Made by a program: the position numbers and the translations under genes. The notes below the pieces were generated by a model. That model was not told the DNA's origin and did no database searches. It saw only the letters and a list, made by a program, of their open reading frames with translations. A stretch of 56,173 bases of DNA from Nemertoderma westbladi (Eukaryota; Animalia; Xenacoelomorpha), in assembly GCA_032718475.1 (NCBI GenBank), contig JAUCBJ010005674.1, forward strand, positions 1 to 56,173. Reading direction: 5' to 3'. Positions 25,701-35,505 of this stretch are shown piece by piece (within the stretch, counting starts at the first letter, position 1; each line of letters starts with the position of its first letter).

Positions 25701-26149
25701 TATGGTTAAAGGCGAACAAACTGGGGGTTATATGGTTAAAGGCGAACAAACTGGGGGTTATATGGTTGAAGGCAAACAAACTGGGGGTTATATGGTTAAA
25801 GGCGAACAAACTGGGAGTTATATGGTTGAAGGCGAACAAACTGGGGGTTATATGGTTGAAGGCGAACAAACTGGGGGTTATATGGTTGAAGGCGAACAAA
25901 CTGGGGGTTATATGGTTGAAGGCGAACAAACTGGGGGTTATATGGTTGAAGGCGAACAAACCGGGGGTTATATGGTTGAAGGCGAACAAACCGGGAGTTA
26001 TATGGTTGAAGGCGAACAAACTGGGGGTTATATGGTTAAAGGCGAACAAACTGGGGGTTATATGGTTGAAGGCAAACAAACTGGGGGTTATATGGTTGAA
26101 GGCGAACAAACCGGGGGTTATATGGTTGAAGGCGAACAAACCGGGGGTT
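16731..26149. repeat. 30-bp satellite (ACAAACTGGGGGTTATATGGTTGAAGGCGA), ~310 copies, with recurrent 38-bp variants (+TAAGGCGA)
   Basis: Read directly; higher-order duplications of 528 bp (19202/19730) and 2296 bp (21058/23354). Confidence 0.97.
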
Positions 26150-26955
26150 TAATACACGGTTTTTATTAACAGTATTCAGATAAGCATTGTAGGTCTGGGT
26201 AGGCCTTGGCCTGGCACTACAATATACAGACAGAGGCTTTAGTTTCAATTTCAGCCAGTCAGCATACCGCGTTGCTATGTGAACTAAACAACATTTCCCA
26301 CCGTAAGTTTTAGTTGGGATTTGGAATATTGATATTTAATATTTCACCTGAAAAAGTGGCATATGTGGGACAAAGGGGGCTATGGCATCACTTGGGAGAG
26401 TGGGACAGGTACTCCAAAACGGGACCTCTTGTCACCATAGCTTTCAATGATATATTTAATATTTTCCAGTGTAACAGTGATATTTTTTAATAATTATAAC
26501 CATAAATGTTACAGCAATTAAGCACATTAACACAATAACAACATTTGCACATATTCATTAGCCTAATATTACAAACATAATTATAAACTAATTTCTTATT
26601 ATTAAATAATCTTACCGGTAAATTTATTATAGCACAAAAATGAGCAATTATAGACCTCTATTTATCTATCAGTCTAGTTGAAATATATTTAGTCTTCTAA
26701 AACTAATTATTAATACCCGTAATCAATAAAATATATTTGTATAATTTTGGTGGGCGAATGTAAGAAAAGTAAATATTGGAAGAGTTTACATAGTGAATAT
26801 TTAGTGAATTGTAATTATTTAGACCTTGAGCCTTGACCTAAAGTACGTCTTCAATTAAAATTATAAGATTTTATTTTAGGCAATTTAATTACAATAAATA
26901 ACCCTAAAACTTAATTATTAAGTGGAAGAGATTTAATAATCGATACGAGTTCAAT

Positions 26956-28455
26956 CTATTTTATTTCAAATGGTTTAGGAACTTCGCCATATTTACGTCG
27001 TCCTTCTTCCATTAGCGCTTCGATCTCAGCAACGGTGCGAGGCACATCGGTCATCAACTCCATACCGTCTTCAGTAACAATTATATCGTCTTCTATACGA
27101 ACGCCACCGAAATCCAAATATTCATTGGAGATGAGATCGACATTGAGGAACTCGGCTAGAGTGGGGTTGTCGAAAGCGGGCACCATGGTAGCTGGGTTGA
27201 AGTAACACCCGGGTTCTATGGTGAGCACCATACGGTGGTGGAGGTCGCGTACATTACGCAACGAACGCAGCCCGGGCTCGGTTGAGCGCACACTTCCCTC
27301 GGGGTAGCCGCCGACATCGTGAACGTGGATGCCCATGAAGTGGCCCATACCGTGGGGCATAAAGAGGGCGCCGAGACGGGCCGCCATCATGTCGTCTACA
27401 GACCCCCGAACCAAAGACAAGTCCTTGAGTGACTCGAGTAGGACTCTCTCGGAGAGCTTGTGTAGGGCCACCCAGGAGGCCCCGGGTCTGCATGCAGCCA
27501 TAACGGCACGACTGGAAGCCAACACCGCGTTGTAGATTCCCGTCTGCTTGGCGGAAAATTTCCCGTTGACGGGGAAACTGCAAGTGATATCGGATGTGTA
27601 GCCGGAATATTCCCCTCCCATATCGAACAGACATATGTCCCCGTCGCTAATGAGTTTATCATTAGGAGCTCCGGAGTGGCCGTAATGTAGGATGGATGCG
27701 TTGACTCCGCTGCCGCAGATACACGTGTAGGAGGAGAACCGACAGCCACCGTGGTAGCCACAGAAGTGGCGGAAAGCGCTTTCGGCTTGGTACTCGTGCA
27801 TGTCGGGACGTAACAGCTGCATGACCTCACGATGAGCCGCGCTGGACACTCGGTTCACATAGCGGAGTAGATCCAACTCCTCGTCGGTTTTAAACACTCG
27901 CAATTCGACCATGTTGGTGTGGAGGAGGGTGTTATCTACAGAGAAACTCGTGATTCCTGGGAATTCCGCCTCTTTTGTCGTCAAACCGCTGTCGGAATCG
28001 CGACCAAATAATGTCAACAACCGAGTCGTTTTGGATTCTTTTAATACTGCCTCGATGTCGCACACATATAGAACGCGGTCAACCCCGTACTTCGCAAGGA
28101 AATGCTCCGGGGGGTGGATCTTTCCCATCCATACAGCGTATTCCTGGGGAAGTTTGGGAACGAAAAGTGTAGACTGACCGGTTCCCAGGTCTATAGAGCC
28201 GTAGCAACCAGGTTCTTCCACACCGAATACCCAATGGAAGAATGGCTCCTGCCGGAATATAACTTCGGTGTCAGTGCTGTAGAGAGTGGTGGCTTCCCCG
28301 CCCTGTAGGATGACGGCTGTACCGGGGTTTGGTCCCAGTCGTTGAACGAGACGCGTTCGGTTCTTCGCGTATAGACTCTGTGGCACCGAATAGGTGCTGG
28401 GACCTCTGGTAAAGACGAACCCTTTACCTTTAGATTCAGTCTCACTGTGGACCAT
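26956..28455 (-). CDS. PEPD: Xaa-Pro dipeptidase (prolidase, peptidase M24B), intronless
   Basis: FRQEPFFHWVFGV, ILHYGH, CLFDMGGEY..YTSDITCSFP, PHGMGHFMG.HVHDVGG, LTIEPGCYF, FGGVRIEDD; 499 aa. Confidence 0.97.
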   Translation of the reverse strand: MVHSETESKGKGFVFTRGPSTYSVPQSLYAKNRTRLVQRLGPNPGTAVILQGGEATTLYSTDTEVIFRQEPFFHWVFGVEEPGCYGSIDLGTGQSTLFVPKLPQEYAVWMGKIHPPEHFLAKYGVDRVLYVCDIEAVLKESKTTRLLTLFGRDSDSGLTTKEAEFPGITSFSVDNTLLHTNMVELRVFKTDEELDLLRYVNRVSSAAHREVMQLLRPDMHEYQAESAFRHFCGYHGGCRFSSYTCICGSGVNASILHYGHSGAPNDKLISDGDICLFDMGGEYSGYTSDITCSFPVNGKFSAKQTGIYNAVLASSRAVMAACRPGASWVALHKLSERVLLESLKDLSLVRGSVDDMMAARLGALFMPHGMGHFMGIHVHDVGGYPEGSVRSTEPGLRSLRNVRDLHHRMVLTIEPGCYFNPATMVPAFDNPTLAEFLNVDLISNEYLDFGGVRIEDDIIVTEDGMELMTDVPRTVAEIEALMEEGRRKYGEVPKPFEIK

Positions 28456-29658
28456 ACTGAACGTCTAGTAGCCTATATAGCTATATCAGTATTGGTTATA
28501 ATTATAATATTTGACTTATTGGTTGTTACAGAGTGTGGCTCAGTAGCTGTAGGGTGTAGGTACCCTATGTCAGTATGTAGTAGGCTGAGGGTATAACTTT
28601 TCGCCGTATCCGTATGCTCATACGCGTATGTAATGGATTCCTATGGAGAATAATCCGTATGCGATTTTAAAGATTGGGCATTGCAGACACAAGTCCCTAA
28701 AAGGTGCCACCCTGCTCCATAGCGCGGGAAATTCAAATGATTGAAAGACATGCAATTTGTACTGGAAAGGGTGGCAGATCAGATCTGCCACCTATATTTT
28801 GGCGGTAAATTCAAATCTGCTTTAACATTGAATATATGAATAGAGTAACCCAGGTAGCAAATATAGTTCACTGAACGTACCACGGATTAAATGAACGTTC
28901 AATTTTCGTTATAGTTAGTGAATGAATAGAAAATTGTGAATGTAGTAAAGGTTCACTTTGCGTAATTTGTATTACCGTCATGCTAATAACTAAAAATGGA
29001 CGTTGAATAACCGTTTGTTAATTGTTGAATAATCGAATTACCGTTTGTACTGAACATGCAATGCCGTGATTTGCTTGTACGTGAGAAATTATATCGCACT
29101 GACTGCCAAATGTGTCACTACAAAGTCCACATTGTACTATTCCCTGTTTCGGTTTAAGTTCCGCATTTAGGACTACAGTTTCTGAGTTAGTAGCGCATTG
29201 TCTTTTGTCACGAGTTACTAAGAATAATAATGTTCATTCATAATAATATTTTATCATATTATATGTCATAGACAAATATAGCAGTATAGGCAGAGGCATT
29301 ATACACCTACTGTTATTACAGTAGGCCGCCTACCTGCGATATATTTTACTATCAATTCCCTGCTGTACAGCTGTATATATTTCTTATGAAATTACACTAC
29401 GCAATATTTCTTAGTAGACCTAAATAAGATAATATGTCTGTAGGCCTACTGCACATGCAGTAGCAGTATCTACTACACTACAGTAAGAAGTTTACAGTAT
29501 GAAGTCTACTGCTCTAGCTCCTTGACATTTTAGTACGTACCCATGTATACATACTGCAGCACACTGTGTACAGTTTGTAATGGTAATTAATATATTATAA
29601 TTCTGTAATTAGCATTAACCGCCAAAAATATATCAATTCAAATTCAAATGGTCTCGTA

Positions 29659-29919
29659 CTGCTCGAAGCCCAAGTTTAGTTAACCAGTCAGCTTTGTTGT
29701 TCGCGTGCTGCTCGAAGTCCCGGACTAGTTAACCAGTCAGCTTAGTTGTTCACGTGGTGCTCGAACCCCCAGACTAGTTAACCAGTCAGCTTAGTTGTTC
29801 ACGTGCTGCTCGAACCCCCAGACTAGTTAACCAGTCAGCTTAGTTGTTCACGTGGTGCTCGAAGTCCCGGACTAGTTAACCAGTCAGCTTAGTTGTTCAC
29901 GTGCTGCTGGAAGTCCCAG
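29659..29919. repeat. 49-bp tandem repeat, ~5 copies, inside the long-TIR element
   Basis: TAGTTAACCAGTCAGC at 29677, 29726, 29775, 29824. Confidence 0.9.
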
Positions 29920-30082
29920 AATAGATAAAACAACAACAATAACGGATGAATGAGTTAAACCGATAAGAAATAATTTATTCTGATTCAATTAATTACATTA
30001 GTCTTACTCCTATTCATATATTCAATGTTAAAACAGGTTTGAATCTACCGCCAAAATATAGGTGGCAGATCTGATCTGCCAC

Positions 30083-30141
30083 CAAGGTGTACTAAATAAC
30101 TTAGTACATAATTTTAGTAATAATAAATTTAGTACACCTTG
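30083..30141. mobile_element. 59-bp micro-MITE with P-element-like ends and an 8-bp TSD
   Basis: TIR CAAGGTGTACTAAAT / ATTTAGTACACCTTG; TSD TCTGCCAC at 30075-30082 and 30142-30149; absent from the mirrored left TIR of the host element. Confidence 0.8.
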
Positions 30142-30204
30142 TCTGCCACCCTTTCCAGTACAAATTACATGTCTTTCAATCATTTGAATTTCCCGCGCTA
30201 TGGA

Positions 30205-31487
30205 ATTTTTTATTTGACTTTTTTTTGTCCTTTTTTTATTTACGAATTATGCATAATGACTTTTGTTATCCTTTTAATGACTTTTATTGTCCTTTTAATG
30301 ACTTTTTATGTATGTATTTCTTCACACTGTCAGACTGCTGATTTCTGGACTGTCAGACAGTTGATTTCACAATGCCTGTGCCAAAACATTCCATGATTTA
30401 TAGACTATGAGATAGATTTCCATATGCGCCTGTGGTAAAAAGACTCTATATTTAATAGTTTGTGGTTGTTGTCGATAATCGATTACCACATGACGTAGCA
30501 AAACACTCATTTTATAGCCAAAAACAATTACCAATTGATGGAAAGGAGCAGGTTAAGGCCGAGTTTTCTAACCAAAACAATAAACAGTCACTTTACCAAA
30601 TCAGGGAAAGGAGCAGGTTACAGAGACGGGATTTTCTAACCAAAACAATAAACGATCACTTAACTAATTGAGGGAAAGGAGCAGGTTACAGAGGCGGGAT
30701 TTTCTAACCAAAACAATAAACGATCACTTAACTTATTGAGGGAAAGGAGCAGGTTACAGAGGCGGGATTTTCTAACCAAAACAATAAACGATCATTTAAC
30801 TAATTAAGGGAAAGGGACAGGTTACAGAGGCGGAATTTTCGAACCAAAACAATAAACGATCACTTAACTAATTGAGGGAAAGGAGCAGGTTACAGAGGCG
30901 GGATTTTCTAACCAAAATAATAAACGATCATTTAACTAATTGAGGGAAAGGGGCAGGTTACAGAGGCGGGCCTTTCTAACCAAAACAATAAACGGTCACT
31001 TTACCAATTCAGGGAAAGGAGCAGGTTAGAGAGGCGGGATTTTCTAACCAAAACAATAAACGATCATTTAACTAATTGAGGGAAAGGGGCAGGTTACAGA
31101 GGCTGGATTTTCTAACCAAAACAATAAACGATCATTTAATTAATTGAGGGAAAGGAGCAGGTTACAGAGACGATAAAACTAATACAGTAATAGGCCTAAA
31201 TTATGTGAAAGGTATATACACATTTTCCACAATCCTGCAATCCAGTTTGGCCTATCAATTATTTAAAATTTATTAGCACAACCGGTAGGCCTACCATTAC
31301 CGTATTTAAATGGTAGGCTACACAGTAGGCCTATAGCAGTACCGGTGCCGGTACTAAAATACAGAAATACCTGCTATTTACCTACATCTGTACATACAAT
31401 ACAGCAAAATAGTGCTACAGTATATATACTAATACCGGTACTGATAGCCTGAGAGAACAGCAGTAGAGAAACCGGTAGCATGGAACC
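30205..31487. mobile_element. Copy 2 of the 68-bp-array element
   Basis: Collinear with 6055-7480 plus 9104-9268; 68-bp units at ~30540-31170. Confidence 0.75.
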
Positions 31488-31733
31488 AAGGCGTTATTAA
31501 CTAAAGGCCATTCAACTGTGCAGCACTGAAGGCTGACTGGAGGCTGACCACATTAACTGAATTTTACATCTTGGAGTCCCTCTTTCATCAATTTAAACCA
31601 ATGCAGCTGTTTCGTAACAATGGAATATCCATTAAAACGTTAAATTGAAATGTGAAATATGGAAAAAATATCGAATATTAACAATTTTATAAATGGAAGA
31701 TAATATCGGTTATCTATATATATAAATATCATG

Positions 31734-31933
<200 letters not shown>

Positions 31934-32166
31934 CAAGCTATACGTTTCTACACACAAGCACCAATCGGAGCTCGCGATACATCGAACGAAAGCTCTCGTC
32001 ACGAGCACGTGCACTGTCGCTATCTCGAGTCTTATTTTACGCGTTTGTTTGCGTGAATGCAGATTTCGTGAATTTGGTACCGGTAGCGCAGTAGGCCTAG
32101 CAGTTCATTCTGTCACTCTACATGTTGGGTCTCGACTATTATGCTACTTTTTGATACCAGACTTAA

Positions 32167-33357
32167 TGTAAAAGCTTTTGTGGGATAACTGATTCGTTTG
32201 CTTTGCTAACCAGTTCCCCCCAAGGCGCTGGAATACTCTAAAAGGGATCTCTAGCTCGAATGGTACAAGCTACCGGTTGATTGGCTGATTTGCTGTGCTA
32301 AGGGATCTGGGCTATGTTCGATCGTCCAACCAGCTTAGGAAGGTTGCCCCATAGCCCTGCTTTCTGTATCTGCCAATAGGATTTGAGTTGGTTTTGAGTT
32401 TGACCTATCACAGATCTACTGAACTGAATTTCCTATCTGTATGCTCATTCTCTGTGGTGGGTGAGATCTTTGTAGAATAAGGGTAGCTGGTATTCTTATA
32501 GTGATTCTTATTCAGTGTTCAGTGTTGATGATTCTAAGCCAGGAAGAACGGCTCTGGAATCACTTATTTTTATAACTTTATAAGAAACATTAGTAGTCTT
32601 AGATTATAGAGCGTATAACTGTTATCAGTGCATATCTCACAACTTATCTCAATTCAGTCTTACATTATCGGTTCAACATATTATTATACTGCTATTTACT
32701 GTTGTTTGGTTGAATATTATTTGGAGAACACATATAAAGAACCCAAATTTCCCAATTTTCTTGATACACTACAGGTTAGAGAGACAGTTTACATACAACG
32801 ATTGCGACTTACCTTATAGTGGTTTGTATTGAATATAATGCTATTTGGTAGCCACTACTTGAGTCAATTGCTATTCTCTTTATACGTGATCAAAGTCAGT
32901 GACTGTCGGCAAACCAGTGAGCAGTATTGTGCGGTACCGGTAGTGTGTATGATTGTGAGTGAGACTGATAACTAAGCATCTCCTAAAGAATGCGTCTCAT
33001 ACGTGAATTCTAAGCCATATCGTTGTGTTTGGTGTAAGTCATAACTTTGTTTACATAGATAGAGCGCCACGTCCTAAAGGAACTGCTAATATTTCCCGAA
33101 AGTGAATAATATTTGCCAGAGATTATATATTAGTGATCAATCGAATAATACAAGTAGGCTTCACTGCAATAAATCTAAGCATACGAATCCAGTCTCCCGG
33201 GTGTAACCATCGGGTGAATGAACGTGCATAGGCTGGCTTCGGCTAATGTTGTGTTTATTTTGTATTAAATCTTGTTATCTTATAAAGTTAATTTACCAAC
33301 TAAAGACATATAAATTTTGGCAGGTTAAACTGCTAAAGGTCTCCAAAAGCGCGTACA
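32167..33357 (+). repeat. 5' LTR
   Basis: TGTAAAAGC...GCGTACA; only two differences from the 3' LTR noticed by eye. Confidence 0.96.
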
Positions 33358-33403
33358 ATAACAGTTATTGATCTTATTGCAGTAAGCAATAAGGTTGCTA
33401 AGT

Positions 33404-34280
33404 ACCGGTCTATCGGTAAACCTGAACCGGTACTTCTGTAGGTCAGTAGGCCCAACTGCCAGAACCGGTACTGCTGTAGGTCCGTAGGTCCAACTGTCAG
33501 AACCGGTACTTCTGTAGGTCAGTAGGCCCAACTGTCATAACCAGTACTGCTGTATAAGTACATTAGTATTATTCGATTTTGATTATTGTATACCGGTAGG
33601 TCTCGATATTAAATCGGGGACGCCTGGTTTTTATTGGGATTTTACTTAGGTCTATTTCTGTCAGTTTTATTTCCTAGTAAGTTAATATTGAGCTGAAGAC
33701 GTGTAAGTCTGCTCAGATTGTTCAGATCATTGTAGGCTGGACTGTTGTCTGACTGTTGTTAGGCTTGAAGATTACAGCGTGTGTAGAGTAAGTCTGATCA
33801 AGTGCCAGTTAGTAAGTTGGGGCAACTCGTAGTTGTAAGGTCAACCCCCTCTTAAAGAATAAGTCGTACTACTGTATTAGCACGCATACTAACTAACAAT
33901 TTCGGAATCTGCATATACTGTGGTTTATTTAGGCTTGATAGTAGTCCGTCAGCGTTTATCCTGTATTGTTTGTATAGTCTGTTCAGGTACCGTAATATTA
34001 TTCAGATATTTTGTAGGCTGGATTGTTGTCTGGCTGTTGTTGGGTCTGAAGGAATTGCTGCGTGTGTAGAGTAAGTCTGATAAAGTGCCAGTTAGTAAGT
34101 TGGGGCAACTCGTAGTTGTAAGGTCAACCCCCTCTTAAAGAATAAGTCGTACTACCGTATTAGCACGCATACTAACTAACAATTTTGGAATCTGCACATA
34201 CTGTAGTTTGTTTAGGCTTGATAGTAGTCTGCCAACATTTAGTTTGTATTTTATTTGAGTATTTTGTACGGGTAGCGTAA
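33404..34280. repeat. Repeats in the BEL 5' leader: ~38-bp x4 (33404-33550) and a ~285-bp tandem duplication (33715-34280)
   Basis: AACCGGTACT(T/G)CTGTAGGTC recurs; GTGTGTAGAGTAAGTCTGA...ATAGTAGTC appears twice. Confidence 0.85.
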
Positions 34281-35505
34281 TATTTATTATTCAGAGTTTA
34301 TGCGATTACTCGCAACATTCATGTCCCCAAGTTTATTCCTACAGTAATTGTGTTTGTTATACATACCGTTATAGTTAAATTAACCCCGGTACTACACGGG
34401 CTGCTTGGCGTAGGTAAAGACTGGTGACTTTGTGCCCCGGTCACTCCAGCAGATGCTGTGGTTCTTTTAACTGTTCAAGTATACTTAACTGCTGGTTATC
34501 TGTTTTACAAGTACTTGTACCTAACTTAGGGTTTAGTGTACAGTGCTTTCCGAGAGTAATTAGTGTAGGCTTTATATTTGTGTTGTAAAGTGGTTAATAG
34601 GCACGTTCGTTCTATTAACCTCTAGGTAGGAACACTCCGTGATACATAACGTAGTACCTATAGCGATACGGCTGTAGGTCGTCAGGCGGTGGTATTTTCC
34701 TATCTGGACAACGCAGTATATTTACTTCTGCTTATTATTTTCAAATACCGTAGTATCCTATCCGTTGTAATAACCAGAAGTTTTAACCCTTTGTTAGACT
34801 GGTTCGTAGTTTCCCTGTTAAATTGCCCTAAAAATTTCGTACGTATAGTTTTTTCGTGTGTTTATTAGAGATTGTAATCTCAACAATATTGTAAGTAATT
34901 CGTAGATAAGTAACGTAAGCCAGTAGAATTATTCGTTTTAGTGTCCAATAAGTAGCACTTCACTGAGAGCGCACAGCTTCTGTGTAGTGATTATTTCCCA
35001 GAAATAGTAACATCTATTTCAATATTGTAACAAAAACCCCTTATACGGGTATATACATATATATTATAAATCAACTTAAAAGATTTATAAATTAGTAGGC
35101 CTGTCATACAATAATTAGGTCTTAATATCAGTTGGACTACTGCTAAAATAACGGTAATAGAGTAAACTCAAGTAACTAAGTAACCTTATAATTTCAGAAA
35201 TTCAATTATCTTAAATAATTGATATACCGGTATCTATAATAGGCTTATTATATAATTGTATATATTTGCACTGAAATTATATACCGGTACTCTGTGACAA
35301 ATCTAGTCTGTAATAATACTTATATATACTATAAGCATACCGGTATTCTAATATATTATATATATATCACGCTACACTGGGTAGCAGTATCGGTAACTAA
35401 TTATTAGGCTAGCAGTGATACTGAATTACTAGACTTGCTTTAACTGTATTTATAGCCGTAGGCATTCAACTGTGTAAACAAACATGACACTTAGAAAGTG
35501 TTAGA

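Larger units (their letters stand above)
28716..30204. mobile_element. Non-autonomous element with ~130-bp terminal inverted repeats (superfamily undetermined)
   Basis: TCCATAGCGCGGGAAATTCAAATGATTGAAAGACATG... (28716-28848) is mirrored at 30004-30204; no clear TSD. Confidence 0.8.

Noticed and set aside
16731-26149. Telomeric repeat (GGGGGTTA resembles TTAGGG)
   Set aside because: The unit is 30 bp, interstitial between genes, and traceable to RTE sequence.
15085-26248. Many long repetitive ORFs (FAFNHITPSL, MVEGEQTGGY, WLKANKLGVI, WWEETVGSNAAD)
   Set aside because: Units are multiples of 3 with stop-free frames on both strands; frequent 8-, 2- and 1-nt frameshifting indels show no frame is maintained.
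27320-27345. PEPD motif GIHVHD instead of the usual GIDVHD
   Set aside because: The substituted position is not a metal ligand and the ligand motifs appear intact; likely ordinary divergence.
32628-32819. 63-aa ORF present twice (also 43149-43340)
   Set aside because: GTG start inside the LTR; the duplication just reflects LTR identity.
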